Source: Saccharophagus degradans 2-40
GTDB lineage: Bacteria > Pseudomonadota > Gammaproteobacteria > Pseudomonadales > Cellvibrionaceae
DNA: 64,000 nt
NCBI RefSeq assembly: GCF_000013665.1
Contig: NC_007912.1
Span: 4,399,684-4,463,683, forward strand
Direction of reading: 5' to 3'
Shown here: one piece after another, positions 44,937 to 55,071 of the stretch
Layout of the letters: each line of letters opens with the position of its first letter
Numbering within the stretch: position 1 is the first letter of the stretch
Notes under the pieces: generated by a model
What the model saw: only the letters and a program-made list of their open reading frames with translations
The model's database searches: none
What the model was told of the DNA's origin: nothing
Program-made: the position numbers and the translations under genes

Positions 44937-46544
44937 TTAAGCAACTTGCTGCTGTTTTTTAAGTGAAATAAAAGCAGAGATAATTAGCATCGCTATAAAT
45001 CCTACTGTTATAAGTTGAAATAAGTTCATATAGGTTATCGAGAGCACTTGCTCGGTTACCCTACCATTTAGTGCGCGGTAAGCTTTTTCCAGCGCGTGCA
45101 ACTGGCTACTTGTTTCAGAGTAATAAAACTCAACAACACCACCAAAGCGCTTATATAAAACAGTGCTAGATAAAGTCACGTTGTGGCGAAGCAGCTCCCA
45201 TGTGCGCAGCTCGTAATGGGTTATCAAGCTGGCAAACACCGCAATACCAAGTGTGCTGCCCAATAAGCGGGTGGTAGATTCCAAAGCAGCAGCAGCTGGC
45301 ATGGTTGCCTTGGGAATACTGATAAGCGCAGCAGTGGTAACCGGCCCCAAAATAAAGGCTGCCCCTAAGCCCTGAATGATTTGCGGCAAAATCATATCGT
45401 GCCAACCGGTTTCGAAAGTAAAGCCGGCCATCATCACCCCACTACCAATCCCTAATACCAACCCAGTTGTAATAAGCAGGCGCATGGGAACACGATTAAA
45501 TAGCCACCCCACAAGGGGAAAAGCCAACATCATTACCAACGCTCGCGGCGCCATGGTGGTGCCCGCTTGTGTTGGCGAAAAACCTAGCAGCTCTTGCATG
45601 TAAATAGGCAAAACGAACAGCGTGCCAGTAATCATGAAAGCAGCGAGAAAGTTCAAGCTGTTCGCCGCAGTAAAGGTTTTATGCTTCAGCACTTTGAGGT
45701 CTAGAAGAGGTTGCTTGATGGTAAGGGAGTGGGCACAAAGCATTGCCCAAGAAGCGAGTGCAACCACAAGTAGTACTACATTTTGAGTATCTTCAAACCA
45801 GTAGGTGCGATCGCCACGCTCAAGCAACCACACGGTACCCACAACGCCAAATAGCAGCCATAAAATACCTGGGGCATCGAATGTGCGCTTAGGGGTGTCT
45901 GCACCGATTGGATCATCGATCAAATAATGCCTAACCATTACAAAGCTGATAATGCCAATAGGAATATTCACGATAAATATAAAGTGCCAGCTGAACTGAT
46001 CGATAAGAATACCGCCCAACATGGGGCCAAATGCTGGGCCACACATAATGGACGTACCGTAAAGCCCCATAACCAGGCCGTGCTGCACCGGCGGGAAGGT
46101 TCTGCGCAAAATCACGCCTTCCACCGGCAGAAGAATACCTGCTCCCAAACCTTGAATAACGCGATATAAAATTAATTGCTCCAGAGACGTCGCCATAGCA
46201 CACAGCGCTGAGCCGATAACAAACAACACCAAACCCGCTTGGTATACCCGCTTACTACCTAGGCGATCTACAAACCAGCCAGATAAAAACATGCACATCA
46301 TAGATGCGATCGCGTAGCTGGTGCTTACCCAGCTAACCTCAGCCACAGTGGCTGAAAATACTCCGCGAAGGTTTGGCGTAGCCACATAAAGGATAAAAGT
46401 GTCGAGCGATGACATAACTCCGCCCATCGAAACCGATAGCGCTACTGCCCACTTGTTATGAGTACTTTCCACTTGAATACAACCTAAATTAGCCTGCGAC
46501 ATTGAAACCAAGCAATCAACCCGCTTGGCAATATATACAGCCAC
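44937..46544 (-). CDS. MFS drug:H+ antiporter, DHA2 family (EmrB-like, 14 TM)
   Basis: The translation …LDTFILYVATPNLRGVF…, 14 hydrophobic segments, and EmrB-like length. The real start is probably an internal Met. Confidence 0.8.
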   Translation of the reverse strand: MAVYIAKRVDCLVSMSQANLGCIQVESTHNKWAVALSVSMGGVMSSLDTFILYVATPNLRGVFSATVAEVSWVSTSYAIASMMCMFLSGWFVDRLGSKRVYQAGLVLFVIGSALCAMATSLEQLILYRVIQGLGAGILLPVEGVILRRTFPPVQHGLVMGLYGTSIMCGPAFGPMLGGILIDQFSWHFIFIVNIPIGIISFVMVRHYLIDDPIGADTPKRTFDAPGILWLLFGVVGTVWLLERGDRTYWFEDTQNVVLLVVALASWAMLCAHSLTIKQPLLDLKVLKHKTFTAANSLNFLAAFMITGTLFVLPIYMQELLGFSPTQAGTTMAPRALVMMLAFPLVGWLFNRVPMRLLITTGLVLGIGSGVMMAGFTFETGWHDMILPQIIQGLGAAFILGPVTTAALISIPKATMPAAAALESTTRLLGSTLGIAVFASLITHYELRTWELLRHNVTLSSTVLYKRFGGVVEFYYSETSSQLHALEKAYRALNGRVTEQVLSITYMNLFQLITVGFIAMLIISAFISLKKQQQVA

Positions 46545-46742
46545 CAGTTGCAGTAAAAATAGCGGCTATACGTTAACGCCACGCATAGTACTCAAGCCAC
46601 CTAGCCTTTCTAACCTGTCACATTTGACACAAGCCAAAAATTTACACGCTATCCACGCTCACGCTAACATGATCGAAAAGTAGGAAATGAAATTATTTTC
46701 TAAATACAAACACCACGTAGACATCTTGTCAGGCAGGAATTT

Positions 46743-48062
46743 ATGTCCGTAAGCAACAAATCAAACACTGTAATTCGAGCCCTTGGTTCGATTGAAACTC
46801 GCATGGCGCTATTTCATGGAAACTTAAATGGCTCAACTCAGGGCACACAAACCATCGATTTCGAAGCCGACATAGATGCGTCTACTTTTTACGAAGCTGT
46901 GAACGCGCTTTACAAAAAGTATGTTCCCCTGCGCTGCACAATAAAGCGTGAAGAAAACGAACTATACTTTTACCGCGATGCCGATTTAAACCGAATAGAC
47001 GTTAACTATATTGAGGTTAATACCATTCAAGAGAAGGACAAGATTGTACGTCTCGCCTTAGATGACAAAATAGAAGCCAGTATTAGCCTGTGGAAAATAA
47101 GTTTGGTTAAGTTAAAGGACCAAGCAAGCTATACGCTTATATTTTCTGCACATCACGCAATAATTGACGCGAATGGCATGCACCACATTGCGCAATCTTT
47201 CTTCGATTTTATTGCCAGTAAAATTACAGGCATCCATTACTTCGACGATACAGAAGTAGATTTACCGCTAGCAGTTGATGCACTACTAAGGGAACAAACC
47301 TTTGCCCCCAAAACAGAACACACCATCGCTAGAGATTTTGATACAGCGTGCCCATTAGAAAGCAGAAGCACCCACTGGCAACAACTAAAGCTAGACACTG
47401 TTTTTATGGGTAAGCTAAATACACAGCTAGCGAAAGACAATATTAAATTCCACTCTATTGTGTCGGCCGCTATGTGTATAGCCATGCAAAAAACACAATT
47501 TATTCAAACACCTTTCCCTTTCGGTACAGCCGTTAGCCTACGGTTTTTGCAAGATTCGCAACCCAGCTATTTCAACCCGCTTGGTTGTTATATGTCTATT
47601 GCATCGAATTTAATTGAAGGTAGTGAACTGGATGTAACGCAGCTTGCCATTAAATACGACCGCGCATTGATGCACAAAATAATGACAACCTGCCTAACCA
47701 AGAGCCCGATAGATATTAACCAAGTAGATGCCGGCACCAAACAAATAGCAACGCTACATTCTTTTGCACAAGGGGTAGGCATTACCAATATGGGCGATAT
47801 AAATATCCGCTCGCCCCACCCAAGTGTATTACTGACGGATTACACAATGCTCGCAAATCGCGTGGCAGGCAACTTCTCTATTGTTGCGCACTGCTACGCA
47901 TTTAATAACGTCCAAACAGTTTCGCTGGTGTACCCACACCCCATACTTGCCGGCGAGCACGTAAAAGAAGTAGTAAACGAAATGCGACTACTACTAGAAG
48001 ACTATTGCGCGCAAGCAAATACCAACAACAGCCTACACAATACACCAACAGTACCAGCCTAG
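46743..48062 (+). CDS. Free-standing condensation-domain protein (NRPS C-domain / CoA-dependent acyltransferase superfamily)
   Basis: The catalytic HHxxxDG motif is FSAHHAIIDANGMHH. The protein is 439 aa, the size of one C domain. Confidence 0.65.
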   Translation: MSVSNKSNTVIRALGSIETRMALFHGNLNGSTQGTQTIDFEADIDASTFYEAVNALYKKYVPLRCTIKREENELYFYRDADLNRIDVNYIEVNTIQEKDKIVRLALDDKIEASISLWKISLVKLKDQASYTLIFSAHHAIIDANGMHHIAQSFFDFIASKITGIHYFDDTEVDLPLAVDALLREQTFAPKTEHTIARDFDTACPLESRSTHWQQLKLDTVFMGKLNTQLAKDNIKFHSIVSAAMCIAMQKTQFIQTPFPFGTAVSLRFLQDSQPSYFNPLGCYMSIASNLIEGSELDVTQLAIKYDRALMHKIMTTCLTKSPIDINQVDAGTKQIATLHSFAQGVGITNMGDINIRSPHPSVLLTDYTMLANRVAGNFSIVAHCYAFNNVQTVSLVYPHPILAGEHVKEVVNEMRLLLEDYCAQANTNNSLHNTPTVPA

Positions 48063-48107
48063 CTGTTAGCCAATTTCACCCCAACATAATCATCACAAGG
48101 AAATACA

Positions 48108-48371
48108 ATGACCAATTTAACCATCACACAAATTGAAGAAAAGCTATGCGCGATTATTGCCGACGTTAAGCGTATTGCAAGTAACGACGTTAGCTTAAAT
48201 GCAAACGACGATTTTATTAATAAATACCACCTTACCAGCATGGATGCCGTTTCACTAAGCGTGCGCATCAGCGAAGATTTTGGGTTTGGGTTTGGCCAAG
48301 AAGCAGAAGATATTGACGGCCTGGCTTCATTTGGATCTTTAACACAACTTATTCAAAAGCGAGTAGCGTAA
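48108..48371 (+). CDS. Acyl/peptidyl carrier protein
   Basis: The phosphopantetheine-attachment site is YHLTSMDAVSLSV (a DSL-like Ser). The protein is 87 aa and acidic. Confidence 0.7.
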   Translation: MTNLTITQIEEKLCAIIADVKRIASNDVSLNANDDFINKYHLTSMDAVSLSVRISEDFGFGFGQEAEDIDGLASFGSLTQLIQKRVA

Positions 48372-48373
48372 CC

Positions 48374-49945
48374 ATGCAAACACTGGCCCAACGCATTATT
48401 CACTGGGCCGCAGTACAGCCAGAAAAACTGGCTGTAGACGACGGCACCCAAGCGATAACCTATAAAGAATTAGCGCATCAAGCAGGCTCTCTCGCGGCAC
48501 GTTTGCAAAGCAACGGCGTGACTAGCGGCGACCGCGTAGTACTTCTTTTACCCAAAAGCACAACTGCAGTATGCGCTATTATAGCTGTGCTCTCGCTGGG
48601 TGCTGCGTATATTCCAGCAGACCCAGATGCGCCCAAGCAGCGCTTGCAAAGCATTGTAGATGACAGCGAACCCAAAGCGATTATTTGCAGCAACCATACC
48701 GCTGATTGGTTTAATACCCTGTGCACTATAAATATTGACGCGAGTATTGATGCTTTTACTGACAACGCACAAGCGCACTTAACCTCGCTTGAAGGTAATG
48801 CAGAGCACGACGCCTATATACTTTATACTTCTGGGTCTACAGGTGTACCTAACGGCGTACGCATTAGCCATCGCGCTATGTTGGCATTTTTCCAAGCAGT
48901 TAACACCTACATGGGGGTTAATCAACAATCGCGCTGCATGAATACATCTGCACTGTATTTTGATGTCTCTATCGCAGATTTACTTTTGCCCCTTTACATG
49001 GGCGCCTCCGTTTGGCTAGGACCTACTGTACCTTTACCGTTTAGATTTATAGGCTTAATAACCAACCAGAAAATAACTCACTTTTGCGCCGTGGGCTCAA
49101 CACTTACCATGCTGGCCGCGCTGCCAAATTTCGACAAAAATAACTGGCCACACTTACAAACCATTATGACCGGTGCCGAGGTATTAAACCCCAACACCAT
49201 TAACGCCTGGCTAAATTGCAGCCCTAACGCTACCGTTTTAAATGGCTACGGCCCCACCGAAACCACCTGTGTTTGCACGCTGTTTCAAATAAATCACGAA
49301 AATATTCACCAGTACTCGAGCTTCCCTATAGGTGTACCACTGCCATTAGTGGATGCCATTATTGAAATAAATAGTGATAAAAATAGTGATGAAAAAAGCG
49401 ATGAACCTGGTATAGGTGAACTGTGCATTGGCGGCCCACAAGTAATGAATGGTTACCTTAATCGAGAGCTTTTAAATGACGCTCGACTTACGCGAATTAA
49501 CCACGCCACATATTACCGCACCGGCGACAAAGTGCGCCGCGACCACAATGGTAATTTAATATTTTTGGGCCGAATAGATGATCAGGTAAAAGTAAATAGT
49601 TATCGCGTGGACCTAGGCGATATAGCTGAACCCTTTCGCAGCCAAAGTATTGTTCAAGATGCCGTTGCGCTGGTAGTTAAGCACACTACTTATGGCGAGT
49701 GCCTTGCTGTGGTTGTTAAAACACGTAACGAAGGCGAAAACCTAGAAAGCTTGCTAAACCAAGCAGCACAGGCCCTACCGCACTATATGCGCCCTGCGCT
49801 TATTGCCAGCATAGACGCAATGCCGTTAAGCCCCAGCGGTAAAGTTAACGCTAAAAAAGTGCGCGCATTGGCTAACCAACACTTTCTAGAATGCAACGAA
49901 CGCTATAGCCATATTTCAGCTCACATAGAGGAGCACGCCCTATGA
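48374..49945 (+). CDS. Adenylate-forming enzyme (NRPS adenylation domain / ANL superfamily), stand-alone
   Basis: Core A3 is YILYTSGSTGVPNGV. A5 is NGYGPTE. A7/A8 is YRTGDKVRRDHNGNLIFLGRIDDQVKVNSYRV. A10 is PSGKVNAKK. It is translationally coupled to the carrier protein gene (3-bp gap). Confidence 0.85.
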   Translation: MQTLAQRIIHWAAVQPEKLAVDDGTQAITYKELAHQAGSLAARLQSNGVTSGDRVVLLLPKSTTAVCAIIAVLSLGAAYIPADPDAPKQRLQSIVDDSEPKAIICSNHTADWFNTLCTINIDASIDAFTDNAQAHLTSLEGNAEHDAYILYTSGSTGVPNGVRISHRAMLAFFQAVNTYMGVNQQSRCMNTSALYFDVSIADLLLPLYMGASVWLGPTVPLPFRFIGLITNQKITHFCAVGSTLTMLAALPNFDKNNWPHLQTIMTGAEVLNPNTINAWLNCSPNATVLNGYGPTETTCVCTLFQINHENIHQYSSFPIGVPLPLVDAIIEINSDKNSDEKSDEPGIGELCIGGPQVMNGYLNRELLNDARLTRINHATYYRTGDKVRRDHNGNLIFLGRIDDQVKVNSYRVDLGDIAEPFRSQSIVQDAVALVVKHTTYGECLAVVVKTRNEGENLESLLNQAAQALPHYMRPALIASIDAMPLSPSGKVNAKKVRALANQHFLECNERYSHISAHIEEHAL

Positions 49946-51162
49946 GCAAAACAGCGGATGTGGCAGCACCCTCACAACAGATGCATGCACAGCAAAAAGA
50001 GGCAAGTAACACGGATTTGCTGAGCGAGTTTCTTAACCTATGCGATCAGAATAAGGCTAACACTTACGATATCGATTTTTTTAAAACGGTATTTAAGCTC
50101 TGCAGGCCCGAAACAACGTCTGAGTTTAGCTATTACGCCGAGCTTGAAGAGCATATCGCCTATATAGAGTCGTTTGCGGCCAGCGAGCTTATTTCCAACC
50201 AGCTAAATTTTGTTGCACCGCTCTTAGAGCTAACGGCAACAATGGGTAACCCACATAGCTCACTTAATCCACACAACTCACATAACCCACATAACCCACA
50301 TAGCAACACGGTAAACTCAAAACTAGCTCAACAGCTACTTAGCAGTATTCGCCAAGGCGATATGCTTTTTAGTCGCGTTTTAACTATTCCTGAGCAAGCA
50401 AAAAACTCTACGCAAGCGCCGTTTGGTGTAAGCGCTAGCGAGAATAAAAATGGCTGGCTGCTGAATGGGGCGTTAAGCGTCGTACTATTTAATAAGGCCG
50501 TTAGCCACCATTTAGTGCTCGCCACACTGCCCAATAACAATACATTAGTTACCTACCTGCCGACTCAAACCGCGGGTATTACAACCGCAGAGCACGCACA
50601 ACTTGGTGCCCCCAAAGCAAACAACTCCCAATTTGAAATAGCTAACCTCAGATTACAAAACGTATTGGTAAACAATGGTGCAATTGGCGAGATAAATACA
50701 CAGTCTATTTTGGACCTTGTTGCGCGCAGCCGAATAATGACTGCCATACGCCACAATCAATACACGCGAATGTGTTTAGACAAGTTAATTTTATTTTTAA
50801 AGTCACGCATTTCTAACGGTGACCCGCTAATTAATCAGCAGGTTATTCAACATAGATTAGCAAAACTTGAGGCTCGATTAAGTAGTAGCTGCGCGCTTAG
50901 TCGCTATAGTTTACAACAGATGGCGGCAGGCAAAGATACCCAAGCGCTTGCCAGTGCATGTAAATTGCTCGCTAGCGAGTTACTTGTGTACGCATCGAAA
51001 CAAGCACTTCATTTAGGTGGTATTACCCACTTCCAAAAAAATAAGCCAATAGCGAATAGTTACACAGAAGCCAATTGGGCTAATTTTTTCCTAGAGCCTA
51101 AGGACTTGTTACTTCGCAACATTCTAGACACAAGCGTTTCTGAGCGCCACCAAAAGGCTTAG
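49942..51162 (+). CDS. Acyl-CoA-dehydrogenase-like protein (divergent; contains a (NPH)n low-complexity insert)
   Basis: The C-terminal helical domain has the ACAD pattern (…QQVIQHRLAKLEARL…) and the middle domain …NGWLLNGALS…. Its start overlaps the adenylation gene stop (ATGA). Confidence 0.5.
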   Translation: MSKTADVAAPSQQMHAQQKEASNTDLLSEFLNLCDQNKANTYDIDFFKTVFKLCRPETTSEFSYYAELEEHIAYIESFAASELISNQLNFVAPLLELTATMGNPHSSLNPHNSHNPHNPHSNTVNSKLAQQLLSSIRQGDMLFSRVLTIPEQAKNSTQAPFGVSASENKNGWLLNGALSVVLFNKAVSHHLVLATLPNNNTLVTYLPTQTAGITTAEHAQLGAPKANNSQFEIANLRLQNVLVNNGAIGEINTQSILDLVARSRIMTAIRHNQYTRMCLDKLILFLKSRISNGDPLINQQVIQHRLAKLEARLSSSCALSRYSLQQMAAGKDTQALASACKLLASELLVYASKQALHLGGITHFQKNKPIANSYTEANWANFFLEPKDLLLRNILDTSVSERHQKA

Positions 51163-51166
51163 CCAT

Positions 51167-52264
51167 ATGAAAATACAAGACCACGCATTCGCAGCCGATT
51201 TACAAAATTGGATTAACGAGCACCTTTCGCCTTACACACCTACAAGTAAAGCCGAAAAACTTGTGTCTATTCACTCGCTGGTACGGGAGCTAGCGCAGAG
51301 CAATTTACTTACCCGCGGCTGGCCGGCCCCCTACGGCGACAACGATATACGCAAACAATTGTACCTACATTTTTCGCTCGCACGCCAAGCTCTCGGCGCT
51401 GTGGGCTTATGCTTGGCCTCACACATAGACATTGGTACGCGCGGCTTGCTAGATAAAGGCTCGCCTGAGCTAATTGATAAATGGTTGCCAAAAGCATTAA
51501 CCGGTGACGCTATTTTTTCTCTCGCGATGACAGAACCAGATGCCGGAAGCGATTTACAGGGCATTCAATTTACCGCCAATAAAAGTGAAGAGGGCTGGAT
51601 ACTAAACGGGGTAAAACGCGGTATTACCAACTTGCCTTTTGCCGACGCAGCCCTTGTACTTGCACGCACCAACCCCAGCCGCAGCCCATTTAGCTATTCT
51701 TTATTTCTAGTGCCCATTGAAACGGCCGGCATTACCCGCGAGCAAGCAGTGCCCACATTGGCCTATCACGGCTGCCTAGGAGGAATAAGCGCAAAAGATG
51801 CCGTTATTCCCCTCGACAACCTCGTTGGGCCATTTGGCGCAGGACTTATGTTATTAATGAAGCACTTAGAAACCGAGCGGCTATTTGTAAGTGCACGCAT
51901 GCTAGGCATAAGCACTTATTTAATTGAAGAATTAATACTGCACACTCGCAATTCCCCACAATGCGCATTGCAAGCCGATAATGTCGCGAGGTTAAAAATG
52001 CAACTAATGGCTTTTGAAGCCTATTTTGAAACTTGTGTTAATGCATTTGAAGAAGGCGAACTTAGCGCAAAGGATTCTGCCGCGCTAAAATATATGGGCA
52101 GCAGCTTGCTAAAATCCGCTAGTAACACCCTAGCAGACTACAGCGGCGCGCAGGGTTATTTACGCGGCACCCCAGCAATTCGCTTTACAACAGAAGCAAT
52201 GGGGCTTGCACTGGCAGGCGGAAGCGAAGAAATAATGCTCTCAATAATTGGCAATACCCTTTAA
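51167..52264 (+). CDS. Acyl-CoA dehydrogenase family protein
   Basis: The translation …SLAMTEPDAGSDLQGIQFTANKSEEGWILNGVKRGITN… has the TEPxAGSD signature and W-x-L-N-G. Confidence 0.75.
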   Translation: MKIQDHAFAADLQNWINEHLSPYTPTSKAEKLVSIHSLVRELAQSNLLTRGWPAPYGDNDIRKQLYLHFSLARQALGAVGLCLASHIDIGTRGLLDKGSPELIDKWLPKALTGDAIFSLAMTEPDAGSDLQGIQFTANKSEEGWILNGVKRGITNLPFADAALVLARTNPSRSPFSYSLFLVPIETAGITREQAVPTLAYHGCLGGISAKDAVIPLDNLVGPFGAGLMLLMKHLETERLFVSARMLGISTYLIEELILHTRNSPQCALQADNVARLKMQLMAFEAYFETCVNAFEEGELSAKDSAALKYMGSSLLKSASNTLADYSGAQGYLRGTPAIRFTTEAMGLALAGGSEEIMLSIIGNTL

Positions 52265-52294
52265 AATACGCGCAAATAATTATCAGGTTTTTTA

Positions 52295-53215
52295 ATGAAA
52301 GCTTTAACAGTATTGCCCAGCGATAAACAACGCTTGCTGGGCATTGCCGCTGCCTGCGCAGTCGTCGCCATTTGGTCTGGCTGGATAGTTTCGTCCCGCT
52401 GGGGGCTCAATAGCAATATTGCAGCAATCGATCTAACCTGGCTGCGCTTTACCACTGCCGCACTCGTCACATTACCACTAGCCATAAAATACAACTGGCG
52501 GCATCTACCGCTTGGCAAGGCCCTAGTTGTAGCTTTTGGGTGTGGGTTTCCCTATGTGCTGTTTGCCTACCTCGGCTTGCAATTTACACCATCGGCAAAT
52601 GCTAGCGTGCTTATTAATGGCTTATTACCGGTGGTTACCAGCTTACTAGGCTATTTTTTTCTTAGTGGAAAAATGACAAAACCATTGCTCGCACTGGTAG
52701 CCATTGCATGTATATCCAATATTATTATTGCCAGTAGCGGTGCACAATTTAGCGTAAAGTACCTAACAGGTATTGGCTTTTTACTTAGTGCTACGCTCGT
52801 TTTAGCTACTTATATGGTGGCCGTAAAAGCATGGAATATTTCTATGCATGAAATAATGGTATGGGTACCTATTATTAACGCATTGTGTGTTACACCTTTT
52901 TGGTTTGTTTTTTCTGATGGGCTTAGCGCACTACACACTATTCCCACTACCGATTTACTATTTCACATAGTCTATCAAGGGGTAATAGTTAGCGTAGCCG
53001 CATTATTTTTATTTTCTTATGCAATAAAATGTATTGGCGCACTATCTGCCAGCTTATTTATGGCATTTGTACCCACCACCACCGCACTGCTAGCTTTTAT
53101 CTCCATTAACGAACAACCTACCAGCGGCCAGTGGATAGCCATTACACTATGTACCCTTGGGCTAGTTGGGTATAACTTTTATTCCCGCAAAGAAGAGAAA
53201 TCAACCAGCAAATAG
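52295..53215 (+). CDS. DMT-superfamily (EamA-like) transporter, paralog of 58915-59838
   Basis: 10 TM, two EamA halves. Long collinear identity with the second copy (…IWSGWIVSSR…TPSANASV(L/I)INGLLPV(V/A)TSL…). Confidence 0.8.
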   Translation: MKALTVLPSDKQRLLGIAAACAVVAIWSGWIVSSRWGLNSNIAAIDLTWLRFTTAALVTLPLAIKYNWRHLPLGKALVVAFGCGFPYVLFAYLGLQFTPSANASVLINGLLPVVTSLLGYFFLSGKMTKPLLALVAIACISNIIIASSGAQFSVKYLTGIGFLLSATLVLATYMVAVKAWNISMHEIMVWVPIINALCVTPFWFVFSDGLSALHTIPTTDLLFHIVYQGVIVSVAALFLFSYAIKCIGALSASLFMAFVPTTTALLAFISINEQPTSGQWIAITLCTLGLVGYNFYSRKEEKSTSK

Positions 53216-53294
53216 CTGATTAATATGAAGACAAAGATGGGCAAAAGATGGGTGAGAAGGCGCAAAGCTATACCGCGCAAGTTTAATACTTCTA

Positions 53295-54245
53295 CTACAT
53301 TGCACCAGTAACCGTGCTGTCGGAAGTATTATTAATTAACACAACGCGACTGCCATTACCTAGCGGCGCACTGGAAACAAGCTTCCAGTTGCTGAAATCT
53401 AGTTCACCACTTTTTAGTGGTTCGCCTATCTCTAGCGACTGCTCACTGGGGCACCCACTTACTACATGATGAACAATCTCATCCACTAGCCCAGCTTGCA
53501 TCAAGCAATTTAATTCTGTCATATCGCAAAAAATACACACACTACAGGCAGACGTTTTTACTAATTGGCTAAACCTGTGCTGTAAATTTTTAATCTCACC
53601 TGCATGTATTTCTACGTCACCCAAAGCTGTTGAGCCCATACTCTCAATAAAAGTGGGTAAGTCCGCTGCGCCTGTACTGCACCACACGGCAGCATTTACT
53701 GTTAGCAATTGTTTTAAATAGCTTTTAAAGCCTATATCGGTTTCTATTTGCGCAAGACCAGCGCGCCCACCATTTAAATTTGCCGCACTTACACAGGTAA
53801 CCCACGGACGATTCAATATGTGCGCCTGTACCGCGCCGCGAGAAATGCGTGCACTTACGGTAGATTGCTCTAGGTATTCAACGCTGCAGGTTTGCTTAGC
53901 TAGCCATGCCGACCACTGGTTACATTGGTGAACAGCACTAAAACCACAGCCTATGACTATTTTTTGCAATTGAATGGAATCTAATACAGCGGTAAGTTTT
54001 TGCACATCTATAAATGACGCAGCGGGCTCTACACTTATAAAAAGCGTCTGAGCCACTGCACCATAACTATCTAGTGCTTTAAGCAGGGTTTCTTTTTGCT
54101 TACCCAAGATGTAACTGTCTTTTACAAGCAAAGTATTATTTTTATCAAATAAAGCCCAGGCTAAAATGGCACGACCTAGCCCGCAACTTTTATCGTTAAT
54201 TACCTGTAAAATTCCATTCTCTAAATTCAATTGCACTCCTAGCAT
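53295..54245 (-). CDS. RibD-C-terminal / DHFR-like reductase-fold protein (316 aa), paralog of 55072-56010; downstream of luxI in the same operon
   Basis: The translation …NRPWVTCVSAANLNGGRAG… resembles the RibG reductase start (RP-[FYW]-V-T-L-K-x-A-x-S-L-D-G-[RK]-IA). The C-terminus …LVDEIVHHVVSG… resembles RibD_C (…VDEL.L.IAP.LLG). Weak; from memory. Confidence 0.4.
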   Translation of the reverse strand: MLGVQLNLENGILQVINDKSCGLGRAILAWALFDKNNTLLVKDSYILGKQKETLLKALDSYGAVAQTLFISVEPAASFIDVQKLTAVLDSIQLQKIVIGCGFSAVHQCNQWSAWLAKQTCSVEYLEQSTVSARISRGAVQAHILNRPWVTCVSAANLNGGRAGLAQIETDIGFKSYLKQLLTVNAAVWCSTGAADLPTFIESMGSTALGDVEIHAGEIKNLQHRFSQLVKTSACSVCIFCDMTELNCLMQAGLVDEIVHHVVSGCPSEQSLEIGEPLKSGELDFSNWKLVSSAPLGNGSRVVLINNTSDSTVTGAM

Positions 54246-54814
54246 TGATACATGCGCTCACTCGCTTCAATATCTATCCATAACGCAACTGTACGCTCAA
54301 CGCCAACCTGCATTACTTTACCCTCTCCCATACGGCGAACTGCCATACCACCGCGCTTAAGAATACGCTCACAGGCGAGGGTTGTAACTGTAACGTATTT
54401 TTTAATACCTTTCATTTTTGCAAACTGAATAAAGGTATCAAATAGATCCATTGTAATATCACTCATGTAAGCGCTACTCGCACCTTGACCTTTACGCACC
54501 GCGAATCGACTTATCTCCCATACATCCTCTTGCTCGGGTACATCTTCACCTTGTAGCAGTTCCTGAAAAACGGATTTAAGCATGTAGTCACCCTTGGTTG
54601 GTAAAGCTCGCCAACAGCCAACTACACCACCATCTTGGGGTTTAACGGCTATATGATAAGGGCCCAAATCGTCAAAGCGATCGCGTTCTTTGCCATCTGT
54701 AGAAGTTATATCCCATCCTAGGCGCTCAATAAAAGTTTCATGCCTAATACGGAAGATATCGTTGACTATTGATTGGTTATTAACGTTTTCTTGCGCAAAC
54801 ACTACTTGTTTCAT
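54239..54814 (-). CDS. Acyl-homoserine-lactone synthase, LuxI family
   Basis: The translation …FRIRHETFIERLGWDITSTDGKERDRFDDLGPYHIAV…WRALPTKGDYMLKSVFQELL…EISRFAV… has conserved LuxI residues (R-x-x-F-x-x-R-LGW, D-x-FD, RLLPT-like, SRFAV). Confidence 0.8.
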   Translation of the reverse strand: MKQVVFAQENVNNQSIVNDIFRIRHETFIERLGWDITSTDGKERDRFDDLGPYHIAVKPQDGGVVGCWRALPTKGDYMLKSVFQELLQGEDVPEQEDVWEISRFAVRKGQGASSAYMSDITMDLFDTFIQFAKMKGIKKYVTVTTLACERILKRGGMAVRRMGEGKVMQVGVERTVALWIDIEASERMYQC

Positions 54815-54939
54815 TTTTTTCGTCCACTTGAGTTAAGTTGACGAAAACTATATTTTTTGGTGTAGCGCAGGGTTAGCTGTCACATAGAACAGATAACTTT
54901 TATTCTTTAATTATCAATAACTTACATGAAAATATCGCG

Positions 54940-54965
54940 CACTGTAAGATATTACAGGTAGTGCG
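54940..54965. promoter_or_regulatory. lux-box-like imperfect palindrome (cACTGTAAGATATTACAGGTAGTGc)
   Basis: A CTGTAA-N4-TTACAG core flanked by GCACT/AGTGC, ~125 bp upstream of the luxI-family start. It resembles the lux box consensus ACCTGTAGGATCGTACAGGT. Confidence 0.45.
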
Positions 54966-55071
54966 TATTAGGCTATTGGCATAACCTTGATTCTCATTGC
55001 CACTCCCTTATTAACAGGCATTCCCACCGAACCACCGGGCTGCCTGCACTTACTGCTGCGTAGAGCTAACC

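Noticed and set aside
54815-55071. Sigma-54 promoter or phage attachment site in the luxI upstream region
   Set aside because: No TGGCAC-N5-TTGC element and no integrase nearby. Only the lux-box-like palindrome stands out.
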